Below are positions 55,427 to 64,000 of a stretch of 64,000 bases of DNA, piece after piece. The stretch lies in contig JAWBQR010000006.1 in the NCBI GenBank assembly GCA_038845265.1, positions 1 to 64,000 of the forward strand, in the 5' to 3' direction. This DNA comes from Nitrososphaerota archaeon. GTDB lineage: Archaea > Thermoproteota > Nitrososphaeria_A > Caldarchaeales > Calditenuaceae. A program made the position numbers and the translations under genes. How positions within the stretch are numbered: position 1 is the stretch's first letter; every line of letters starts with the position of its first letter. The notes under the pieces were generated by a model. It did no database searches. It was given only the letters and a program-made list of their open reading frames with translations, and had not been told where the DNA came from.

Positions 55427-56986
55427 ATGTACAATGAACCATTAAGGGAAGAACTTGTTCTTCACCCAATCGAGAAGCGGGTATTACAATTCTTAACAAA
55501 ATTTGGTCCCGCAAGTTTTTCAGTAATCGCTGAAAAAACTGGGCTCGATGAGGGGGCCATCGCAAAGGCGGCCCAATGGCTAGCCTCTAAAAACCTAGTG
55601 AAAGTGGAAGAAAGCATTATAGATAAGAAAGTCGAGCTGGGCAATGAGGGAAAAATTTATGCTGAAAAGGGTCTTCCTGAGAGAAGATTAGTAGACTTTC
55701 TAGAGAGAATCGGCGGAGAAGCAGAGCTAAGCGATTTAAAAGAATCCAATATTTTATCCGACGAGGAGATCAGAATAGGAGTAATATGGGCAAAGAAAAA
55801 CGGCTGGATTGAGATAACTCGCAGAGGTGATGAGGCAGTTCTTGAGCTTAGGAAATATCCTAAGGAGCGAATAGATGACGAGATAGTTTTGCAGTTGCTC
55901 AAGGGCGGCGGGAGATCATTAGCGAGCCTCGGTCCTTACGCACCAACCTGTGAAAAACTTTCAAGAAGGCCAGGCCTGATAAAAGTTTCACAAGAATCTA
56001 TACACATAGTAACTCCGACGGAAAAAGCATTAAAACTAGGCGACGAATTACTAACCGCTGTCGAGGAAGTAAGTCAACTCACACCAGAACTTATCTCCTC
56101 AGGTAAATGGAGAGAGGTTACTTTCTCAAGATATAATCTATTTGCGCCCGTTAAGGCAACTTTTGCTGCGAGGTTGCATCCATTAACAATGCTGATAGAC
56201 ATGGTGAAGGAGGCATTTGTAGAGATGGGGTTTGAAGAGATTCGTGGACCCTTGGTCGAGCTTGCTTTCTGGAACTTTGACGCATTGTTCCAGCCTCAAG
56301 ATCATCCTGCGAGAGAGATGCATGATACCTTCTATCTTGCAAATCCTGATAGAGGAGAACCTCCAGCCAAGTTTATTGAACCTGTAAGAAAGACGCATGA
56401 AGATGGTGGTGAGACTGGCTCGAAAGGATGGGGATATAAATGGAGCCTCGAGGAGGCATCTAAGCTTGTTCTGAGAACACATACTACCGCTACTACGATA
56501 AGGTATCTGAGCGAGCATAATGAACCACCTGTCAGAGTATTCACCGTTGATAGAGTATACAGAAACGAGAAAGTAGACTGGAAACATTTAGCAGAGCTCC
56601 ATCAGATTGAAGGTATATTGATGGACAAATCTGTAACTTTGAGACACTTGATGGGCATTATCAAGGAATTCTACATGAGGCTTGGGATCAGAAATGTTAG
56701 GTTTAGGCCAAGTTACTTCCCGTATACTGAGCCCTCTGCTGAAGTTGAAGTAATGCTAGGAGAGAGCGGTCGATGGACAGAGCTAGGTGGAATGGGAATT
56801 TTTAGGCCAGAAGTGACTAGGCCTTTTGGTGTTAAATATCCAGTACTAGCATGGGGTCTGGGACTTGAAAGGCTAGCGATGGCTGTTTTCAACCTCAACG
56901 ACATTAGAGAACTCTATCGGAACGACCTATCATGGATAAGGTCTGTTCCTATTACATTTTCAATCCTTAAAAAGGAGAGGGGCTAA
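55427..56986 (+). CDS. pheS: Phenylalanyl-tRNA synthetase alpha subunit
   Basis: FWNFDALFQPQDHPAREMHDTFY, LRTHTT, FPYTEPS, AWGLGLERL. Confidence 0.97.
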   Translation: MYNEPLREELVLHPIEKRVLQFLTKFGPASFSVIAEKTGLDEGAIAKAAQWLASKNLVKVEESIIDKKVELGNEGKIYAEKGLPERRLVDFLERIGGEAELSDLKESNILSDEEIRIGVIWAKKNGWIEITRRGDEAVLELRKYPKERIDDEIVLQLLKGGGRSLASLGPYAPTCEKLSRRPGLIKVSQESIHIVTPTEKALKLGDELLTAVEEVSQLTPELISSGKWREVTFSRYNLFAPVKATFAARLHPLTMLIDMVKEAFVEMGFEEIRGPLVELAFWNFDALFQPQDHPAREMHDTFYLANPDRGEPPAKFIEPVRKTHEDGGETGSKGWGYKWSLEEASKLVLRTHTTATTIRYLSEHNEPPVRVFTVDRVYRNEKVDWKHLAELHQIEGILMDKSVTLRHLMGIIKEFYMRLGIRNVRFRPSYFPYTEPSAEVEVMLGESGRWTELGGMGIFRPEVTRPFGVKYPVLAWGLGLERLAMAVFNLNDIRELYRNDLSWIRSVPITFSILKKERG

Positions 56987-56988
56987 GG

Positions 56989-58644
56989 ATGCCGGCAATT
57001 AATCTCAAAATTAATAGGTTGTCAAGGTTTCTAGGAAAAGAGGTAAATGTAGGTGAGCTCATCGAGGCCATTCGAGATCTCGGCCTCGCGGTAGAAGAGG
57101 TGAGCGAGGGCTACATCAAAGCGGAATATAACCCCAACCGACCTGACTACTCAAGCATAGTTGGCGTAGCGAGAGCACTACAGGGCATGTTGGGTATAAA
57201 GACGGGTATGCCGCGATATAAAGTACATGACTCTGGCGTAAAGATGATTATTGATCCTAAAGTTAGCGAGGTCAGACCATTTGTTGTTTCGGCAATTGTG
57301 AAGAATCTTGAGTTAAACGAAGACGTAATAGAAGAAATAATAGCGATGCAGGAAGATCTTCACTGGATCATAGGCAGGGACAGAAGAAAGGTTGCAATAG
57401 GTCTGCATGACTACTCGAAGATCAAGCCGCCTATATACTACAGGGCCCTTCCACCAGACTCTATTAGCTTTGTCCCGCTTGGGGGGACACAGAAAATTAC
57501 GCCGATAGAGATCCTCAGAAATACAAGTACAGGAATTAAGTATGGACACATACTTGAGGGAAAGAAGTACTTCCCATTTATAATGGATTCGAACAATGAG
57601 GTCCTCTCGTTTCCACCAATCATCAACTCAAGTTTAACTGAGCTTACTTATAGGACAAGAGACATATTCATCGATGTCACTGGAACGGACTTTAAAGCCA
57701 TATCGGACGCTCTAAACATACTCGTAACTGCTCTCCACGACATGGGTGGAACTATTTACAGCGTTGACCTCATATATGACAATCGGCGAATAACCACTCC
57801 CGACCTTTCACCATCAAGATGGAGAATTAATCTGAAAGAGCAGGCAGCCCTAATTGGTGTCGATATTAGGCCTATTCATGCGTTAAGAGCTTTGAGAAGA
57901 ATGAGACTCGACGCGAGGCTCGTCGATGATGAGATTGAGATATATGTCCCAGCATATAGAGTAGATATTCTACATCCTGTAGATTTTGCAGAAGAGATCG
58001 CGATAGGAATAGGATACTCACAATTGACACCGATTGTTCCTTATACTGCCAATTTTGGTCGCCTTACGGCTCTTTCGGAATTCTCGAAGATCTTAAGAAT
58101 ACTTATGGTTGGATTAGGCTTCACCGAGGCTATTAACACTACCCTTTCAAATGGGCAAAAAGATTATGAATTTTTGGGAATATCTCAGTCCAATCAACCT
58201 AGAATACTTAATCCCGCATCAATTGAGTATAATACATTGAGGCATTTATTACTGCCGGGGCTTCTTGAAACCTTAGCGTTAAACAAGCATAATCCAATGC
58301 CTCAGAAATTCTTTGAGCTGGGCGATGTGCTCCAAATTGATGAAAATGTAGCTGAAAAATTTGTCCGACGACTACATTTATGCCTAGTAATATCTCACTC
58401 CTCCGCCTCTTATTCAGAGATAAAATCAACTGAGGAGGAAATCGCCAGGGCACTGCAAGTAGAGATTAGTATGACTGCAAAGGACTATCCGTTCATGATT
58501 CCCGGAAGGTCTGTAGCGTTAATGAAAGATAACGTTGAGGTAGGCTTTATGGGTGAGATTCATCCAGAGGTACTTGAAAAATTCAAGATAGAGATGCCTA
58601 CTGTTTCTATGGAGATTGACATATCCTTACTCGGACTTATATAG
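56989..58644 (+). CDS. pheT: Phenylalanyl-tRNA synthetase beta subunit
   Basis: PNRPD, LSFPPIINS, YRVDILHPVDFAEEIAIG, GEIHPEVL. Confidence 0.96.
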   Translation: MPAINLKINRLSRFLGKEVNVGELIEAIRDLGLAVEEVSEGYIKAEYNPNRPDYSSIVGVARALQGMLGIKTGMPRYKVHDSGVKMIIDPKVSEVRPFVVSAIVKNLELNEDVIEEIIAMQEDLHWIIGRDRRKVAIGLHDYSKIKPPIYYRALPPDSISFVPLGGTQKITPIEILRNTSTGIKYGHILEGKKYFPFIMDSNNEVLSFPPIINSSLTELTYRTRDIFIDVTGTDFKAISDALNILVTALHDMGGTIYSVDLIYDNRRITTPDLSPSRWRINLKEQAALIGVDIRPIHALRALRRMRLDARLVDDEIEIYVPAYRVDILHPVDFAEEIAIGIGYSQLTPIVPYTANFGRLTALSEFSKILRILMVGLGFTEAINTTLSNGQKDYEFLGISQSNQPRILNPASIEYNTLRHLLLPGLLETLALNKHNPMPQKFFELGDVLQIDENVAEKFVRRLHLCLVISHSSASYSEIKSTEEEIARALQVEISMTAKDYPFMIPGRSVALMKDNVEVGFMGEIHPEVLEKFKIEMPTVSMEIDISLLGLI

Positions 58645-58656
58645 AATATTGAGGTA

Positions 58657-59109
58657 TCATATTTTTCCAATCGAAACGAATGGCTTTGTCCCAAACAATC
58701 TATTATGTTCTTGCATCATGCATCTATTCCAAACTACCTTAATCATTTTTTGACGTGCAAGCCTTACAGCCTCCTCGTTGTATATTCCCAGCTGCATCCA
58801 GACTACCTTTGGATTCTTTATTACTGCTTCTTGAACTACTTGATACACCTGGTCGGATGGTCTAAAAATGTTGACTATGTCTAACTCAACAGGGATATCA
58901 GTTAATGACTTATATGACTTTAACCCCAGTATTTCATCAGCGAAAGGATTTACTGGAATTACATTATAACCATGTCTTAAGAGAAATTTTGGAACATAGT
59001 GTGAAGGTTTTGAGGGATCTCTAGACATACCAACTACTGCTACATTTTTTAGCGAAAGTATCTCGCGTATCTCTTCGTCGGACAGTCCATCACTAGGAAT
59101 TTCCGTCAT
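58657..59109 (-). CDS. CoA-binding protein (YccU-like)
   Basis: VAVVGMS, VIPVNP, DIVNIFRPS, VWMQLG, NRCMM. Confidence 0.9.
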   Translation of the reverse strand: MTEIPSDGLSDEEIREILSLKNVAVVGMSRDPSKPSHYVPKFLLRHGYNVIPVNPFADEILGLKSYKSLTDIPVELDIVNIFRPSDQVYQVVQEAVIKNPKVVWMQLGIYNEEAVRLARQKMIKVVWNRCMMQEHNRLFGTKPFVSIGKI

Positions 59110-59146
59110 CTCGATTATTTTTCTATAATGTTTTTCTTCCTTAAAT

Positions 59147-59983
59147 TTATTCGTATTCTACAACTGCCATTGGATATGAGCCTAAGACCTTAAGGAACAA
59201 TGTCTTGGAGGAGAGTTCAGCTAATGCTTCCTTAACATGCTTCTCTTCAATGCTGCCCTCAAAATCAATATAGAAGTTATATTGCCATGGCCTGCTTCTC
59301 GTAGGTCTAGATTCTATTTTTGTGAGGTTTATCCCGCGTAGGGCAAATGCGCCGAGAGCTTGATACAGCGCTCCAGGAATGTGGCTGAGCGTGAAGATCA
59401 CTGTTGTCTTGCATCTCTCGCCGGGGGGTGGATTGTTTTTTCCAATGATTAGAAACCTAGTATAGTTTCTTCCATAGTCCTCGATGCTACGGGCAAGTAT
59501 CTGCATTCCATAGATCTCGGCTGCCCTTTCACTAGCTATGGCTGCCGCCGTCTTATCTCCTGTTTCCTTAATGAGTTTTACAGCTCCGGCTGTGTCATAT
59601 ATGCTGATATATTCAAAACCCATAGATGCGATGTAGCCTCTACACTGAGATATGGCCTGTGGATGAGAGTAGACCCGCTTAATTGACTTTATGTCGGTTC
59701 CCGGAAGTCCTATCAAGCAGTGCACAATTTTTAGGTATATCTCGCCGATTACCTTTAGGCTGGTCGTAAGTAGCAGGTCGTAGGTCTCCGTTACGCTCCC
59801 CTCTATGCTGTTCTCAATTGGGACTACCCCAGCATCCACCTCACCTACCTCTACGGCCGAAAAGACTGCAGATATCGTACGTTTAGGAATAGGCTCCGCC
59901 CCTGCTCCAAAATGCTTAATCACCGCCTCTTCGCTATAAGATCCTTTTTCACCTTGAAATGCTACCTTCATCGCAATATTCAT
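59147..59983 (-). CDS. pheA: Prephenate dehydratase
   Basis: VAFQGEKGSYSE, PIENSIEGSV, SHPQA, NYTRF, NLTKIESRP (ACT domain). Confidence 0.95.
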   Translation of the reverse strand: MNIAMKVAFQGEKGSYSEEAVIKHFGAGAEPIPKRTISAVFSAVEVGEVDAGVVPIENSIEGSVTETYDLLLTTSLKVIGEIYLKIVHCLIGLPGTDIKSIKRVYSHPQAISQCRGYIASMGFEYISIYDTAGAVKLIKETGDKTAAAIASERAAEIYGMQILARSIEDYGRNYTRFLIIGKNNPPPGERCKTTVIFTLSHIPGALYQALGAFALRGINLTKIESRPTRSRPWQYNFYIDFEGSIEEKHVKEALAELSSKTLFLKVLGSYPMAVVEYE

Positions 59984-60966
59984 TAATCTTCTCCATATTT
60001 AGAGTTGTGATTATTATTCTCCACTTGGTATTGCTGTTCCTTTAGCTTCTTGATTAATACCGGAAGAAATTCATATAGATCAGCGATTACTGAATAGTCT
60101 GCTTCTTTATGAATGGGAGCGTTTGGATCATTATTTATAGCTATTATTGTTTTAGCATTTTTTATGCCTATTGTGTGTTGTATTTGGCCAGAGATGCCGA
60201 TGGCTATGTAGATGCTTGCCCGTATCCAATTCCCGGATAGTCCGATATGTCTATCATCAGGTAGCCAGTTTAGGTCGCCTGATATGGGCCGGCTGCATCC
60301 CATCTCTGCCCCAATCAACCTACTTAATTCTTCAGCAAGATTGAGATCTTCCTTCTTTCGAAATCCCTTACCGACTGCGACAACCCTATCTGCAGATGAG
60401 AGATCAGCCCCACTCTTAACTCCTAGTCTTTTCTCAATTATTTCAATATCTCCTTGTATGTGAATGTTTTTTGAGTTAACTGACGTTATTACTGGGTTTT
60501 TACTCGTCATGAAGGTTGTGGATTTAAATGCATCAGGCTGTAAAGTAACAAAAACTGGACACGTAATTAAGTCCTGCGTCGCGATATACCCTCCACCCAG
60601 AACAGGTCTACATATTCTGAAATTTTCTCCAATTTTTTCAATGTTGATGCAATTGTTTGCGCAAGCAGCGCCTATTCGCTGGGCTGCCCTTCCAAAAATT
60701 TCTCTCACGTTCTTTTTTGCCTCACCCACGACAAGCCTTGGCTTCTTCTCTGCTACGACATGTGTCAATATCTTAGAGATATATGTAGGAATGGGCGGTG
60801 ATCGGTAAGTTATTATTTCTGAGACACCATACCTCGAGGCCCCCTCAACATTAACTAAGTCCTCGTGGCTCATTATCAATAGTGGATTTAATCCCAAAGA
60901 TGCAGATGTAGATAGGAGTTCAGGAACATGCCTCCAGTCATCTGCAAATATCAATGCTCCGTTCAT
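59983..60966 (-). CDS. etfA: Electron transfer flavoprotein alpha subunit
   Basis: VVAVGKG, GCSRP, IGLSG, YIAIGISGQIQH, AINNDPNAPI. Confidence 0.92.
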   Translation of the reverse strand: MNGALIFADDWRHVPELLSTSASLGLNPLLIMSHEDLVNVEGASRYGVSEIITYRSPPIPTYISKILTHVVAEKKPRLVVGEAKKNVREIFGRAAQRIGAACANNCINIEKIGENFRICRPVLGGGYIATQDLITCPVFVTLQPDAFKSTTFMTSKNPVITSVNSKNIHIQGDIEIIEKRLGVKSGADLSSADRVVAVGKGFRKKEDLNLAEELSRLIGAEMGCSRPISGDLNWLPDDRHIGLSGNWIRASIYIAIGISGQIQHTIGIKNAKTIIAINNDPNAPIHKEADYSVIADLYEFLPVLIKKLKEQQYQVENNNHNSKYGED

Positions 60967-60970
60967 CTGT

Positions 60971-61753
60971 TCACTCCCATCCTTCAGATTGAATGATGGT
61001 TATTACTTTACGAGCAATTTCTTCTAGACTGCCAGATAGAACTACATTCTTTCGTTTAGTCTTTATTACCTTTACTTCCTGTAGTTTGACGAGACTTCTG
61101 AACCTTTCTCTCGGTAAATTGATAGAGTCAAGCGGTATAAAATTTATTGGTTTTTTTGATGCCGCCCTAATCATTAACACACTCGGTAGTCTAGGTGTAT
61201 TGATTTCAAGACATACAGATACTACTGCTGGTAATTTTGCTTTTAAGGTTTCTATACCGTCTTCTACGATGCGCTCAGCGATAATGTAGTCACCCATAAT
61301 CTCTAACTTTACGGCATGCGTAACGCTGGGCAGATCTAGTTCTTCAGCAATCCTGGGCCCTACTTGATATGCCCCTTCATCCAGTGATGATTCTCCGCAG
61401 AGAATGAGATCGGGAATACCGGCCACCCTCGAGAGATACGCTAGAATGTTTGCATAAACCCACTGATCAGCATTCCTCAATCGGGAATCGCTGACCACAT
61501 ATGCTTCGTCAGCACCCATAGCAAGCGCTTCCCTCAGTACTGCGGGTCTTACATCATGACCAACACATAGTAGACTGACTTTTCCATCCATCTTCTCTTT
61601 GATCCTGACAGCCTCCTCAATAGCATTTAATTCAGCATCTCCGATCCTGAATTCAGCCTTTTCAATCATTGGACTAAGCGTTGTTGGGTCAAACTCGAGT
61701 GAATTTACATCTACTGACTGTTTAATACAGACATGTATGTTCAGCATATCCAC
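60971..61753 (-). CDS. etfB: Electron transfer flavoprotein beta subunit
   Basis: VCIKQ, NAIEEAVRIKE, ALAMGADEA, LILCGESSLD, INTPRLPS. Confidence 0.92.
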   Translation of the reverse strand: MDMLNIHVCIKQSVDVNSLEFDPTTLSPMIEKAEFRIGDAELNAIEEAVRIKEKMDGKVSLLCVGHDVRPAVLREALAMGADEAYVVSDSRLRNADQWVYANILAYLSRVAGIPDLILCGESSLDEGAYQVGPRIAEELDLPSVTHAVKLEIMGDYIIAERIVEDGIETLKAKLPAVVSVCLEINTPRLPSVLMIRAASKKPINFIPLDSINLPRERFRSLVKLQEVKVIKTKRKNVVLSGSLEEIARKVITIIQSEGWE

Positions 61754-61798
61754 TATACTCTAAATCATAGTTACTTAATGATTATTTCTATATCTTCC

Positions 61799-62516
61799 CT
61801 ATTTTATGTAACCTTTCCTGAGTCTTTCAAGGAGCGGTATTTCTCCTAGTTTTCTAGGAGAGAGAAGGCTCCAGATAATTCCTGATGGACGAGGCCTGCG
61901 CGGCAAGACCTCTATTACTCTATTATTTGTAAAGATATAGTCAACTGGCACGTCATATCTCTCATAAGGAATGTATTCAACAATTTGCAGCTCATGGACA
62001 GTAGTAGTAATAGGTGTGTCTTCACTGATCTTGTTAAGCATCCTAAACATAGCGTACTCGATCTCAGAGTATCCTTCACCTTTACCAAGTCGCCAACCAT
62101 CCTTTGTGACTGCAACCGACCCAACGACAATTAGATCTATTTTCGGAAGATATTCTAGTTCTGTTTTTTTTACCAAAGACGTAACTTCCCCTAATTGTTG
62201 AGGCGAAGTCAATTTTGTCTTTTGGCACATTTTCGGGATCAATCATTAAAAATCCATTCCTAATCCTGGGCGTCGGCATTATCAATCGCTTTCCATCCAT
62301 TAGGCACTTCATCCTTACGAACTTTTGAGGAGAATCTGGACTTACTTTTACGACCGTGGCGCTTCGATAAATATCGTGACTACATAACAAAGCAGCCGCC
62401 CTTGAGGCACCAATAAAGTTAGGAATTCTTCCGAATATAGGCTTAGGAAACGTGGCTACTCCACTTTCCTCAAGCTTATTCCAAACAAGCATCCTGATTC
62501 TCTGCTTTTCCGACAT
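61799..62516 (-). pseudogene. 5-formyltetrahydrofolate cyclo-ligase family (MTHFSD/archaeal type), split at A8 run (62164-62171)
   Basis: N-half FPKPIFGRIPNFIGA, KVSPDSPQ, MPTPRIR (ORF 62082-62540). C-half IDLIVVGSVAV, RLGKGEGYSEIEY, TTVHELQ, DVPVD (ORF 61799-62242). Deleting one A joins them (FGKKTELEYLPK). Confidence 0.85.
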
Positions 62517-62526
62517 TATTTGCTCA

Positions 62527-64000
62527 TTACTCAAGATCAAATACCTCGGCGATATCTAGGACCTGCATTTTATTTAATCCAACCATCTTGGCAGCATCCT
62601 CAAGCATTAGGAGGCAGAAGGGGCACTCCACTACTAAAACCTCGGCACCCGTCGTAGCAGCCTCTTCAATCCTAAATATGCTTTCCTTCTTTATTCTTTT
62701 GATCTCGAACCAGAAGTTACCACCGCCGCCCCCACAGCAAAAAGTTTCTCTGCCATGTCTTTTCATATCTATTAATTTTGCATCTCTAAGAGCCATCCTC
62801 GGCTCTTTGATTATGCTGTTAAATCGTGAAAGATAGCAAGAATCATGTAATGTCAACTTAACAAAGTTCCTTAATCTTAATTTTCCACTATTCACTAGCA
62901 TATTTAGAAGTTCAGTGTGATGAATAACTTTCAGACTCAAACCTAGATCTTTATATTCATTTTTAAAAATATTATAACAATGCGGACAATGAGTCAGTAT
63001 TTTTCTATCAGAGAATTTATTCAATAGACCAATGTTTTGATATGCAAGTTCTTGAAATCTACCTTCTTCACCAATTCTGCGGGCAGGATCTCCTGTGCAG
63101 TTTTCTCCAGGACCAATAATGGCAAAACTCACACCACATTTAATCATAACTTTTATAAGAGACTTAGCTACCTTACGTATTCTCTCATCACAAAGAGCCA
63201 TGCATCCAAGCCAATATATGTATTCAGCTTCGGGATACTCATCAATAGTTTTTGCTCCGATTGCCTTTAGCTCCTTAATTGCTGCTTCTTTGTATGATCG
63301 TGGAAGACCGTATGGATTCTGAGTGCGAGCCAGGTTTGAAAGTATTCTTGTAACATGTCTATCTAGTTTTCCCTCGGATGCTATTGCTCTCCGTGCTTCT
63401 AATATATATTCAAGTGGATTAATCATGACTGGGCAGGAATCAAAACATGCACCACAAGTCGTGCATGCATAAATCTCTTCGAGATTAAGTATTCCAACAT
63501 TAAATAAATCCTCACTAATCGAGGATAAATGCTGTTGCACGGAGCGAAGCTTCTGAACTAGATTCCTTGGCGAGAGAAGAGTTCCGGAAGCAGTAGCTGG
63601 ACATGCCTCCTCACACCTTCCGCAATCAGTACATGCATCAATGGCAAGTCTTTGTAGAGGCGCAAGATCGACTACTTTTTTAAATCCAACTTTTATTTCA
63701 ATATCTATTTTGTCGAGGATTTCTGTCAATCTAAAAGGAGTAGCAGGTATGTAAAGTACTGGTTCTCTAATACTCATATATGATGCATTAAGCGCTCCTA
63801 AAACGGTATGAAGTATATTTGTAAATGGAGCAACTGCAAGCAATGAAAAAGCAGCTAATGCATGAATCCACCAAATTGACTGATATGCAACAATGATTAT
63901 CGTTTTCTCAACTATAGTTGTCTTTACAACTTCAGATATTAAATATCCAATAAAAGAATATCTTGACCAGTGTACACTGGTTAGGTAGAGTCTGAACCCT
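62527..64000 (-). CDS. FadF/HdrD-like membrane Fe-S oxidoreductase (4Fe-4S dicluster + CCG domains), 5'-truncated by window edge
   Basis: CTDCGRCEEACP, CTTCGACFDSCP, CTGDPARRIG, HDSCY, CCGGGGG, CPFC. Frame is open to the window end with a TM segment (IWWIHAL). Confidence 0.9.
   Translation of the reverse strand, partial: GFRLYLTSVHWSRYSFIGYLISEVVKTTIVEKTIIIVAYQSIWWIHALAAFSLLAVAPFTNILHTVLGALNASYMSIREPVLYIPATPFRLTEILDKIDIEIKVGFKKVVDLAPLQRLAIDACTDCGRCEEACPATASGTLLSPRNLVQKLRSVQQHLSSISEDLFNVGILNLEEIYACTTCGACFDSCPVMINPLEYILEARRAIASEGKLDRHVTRILSNLARTQNPYGLPRSYKEAAIKELKAIGAKTIDEYPEAEYIYWLGCMALCDERIRKVAKSLIKVMIKCGVSFAIIGPGENCTGDPARRIGEEGRFQELAYQNIGLLNKFSDRKILTHCPHCYNIFKNEYKDLGLSLKVIHHTELLNMLVNSGKLRLRNFVKLTLHDSCYLSRFNSIIKEPRMALRDAKLIDMKRHGRETFCCGGGGGNFWFEIKRIKKESIFRIEEAATTGAEVLVVECPFCLLMLEDAAKMVGLNKMQVLDIAEVFDLE

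Overview
Gene-dense chromosomal segment of a thermophilic-looking TACK archaeon, most consistent with Caldarchaeales/'Aigarchaeota'. This is an inference from arcadin-1, TackOD1, DUF2258, archaeal information-processing genes and Thr-rich surface proteins. Most of the window is housekeeping: priL, serS, glyA, ychF, gltX, rpoE/spt4, aIF2-gamma, ndk, r-proteins, nrdJ, tyrS, endA, pheST, etfAB and cofD. The main accessory region is about 17 kb (21.6-38.8 kb), lying between the PIN and rpoE genes of the normally contiguous archaeal L7Ae...aIF2g-PIN-rpoE superoperon. It encodes a type IV pilus ATPase, a platform protein, one short major pilin and three large pilin-like proteins. One of the large pilins has a ~210-aa Thr-rich stalk plus a C-terminal membrane anchor. 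The region also holds a free secreted ~50% Thr protein, a GT2/small-flippase/GT-C/FkbM glycosylation kit and a membrane-anchored TackOD1 protein. Features missed by the ORF track include an H/ACA guide RNA whose pocket matches 23S helix 69, a K-loop over the rpl7ae SD, rps27ae, a 47-aa Zn-finger ORF and an apparent ATA-initiated cofD. Three genes are split at homopolymer runs. No CRISPR array, tRNA, rRNA or IS element was seen. All family assignments are from motif recognition by eye, not database searches.
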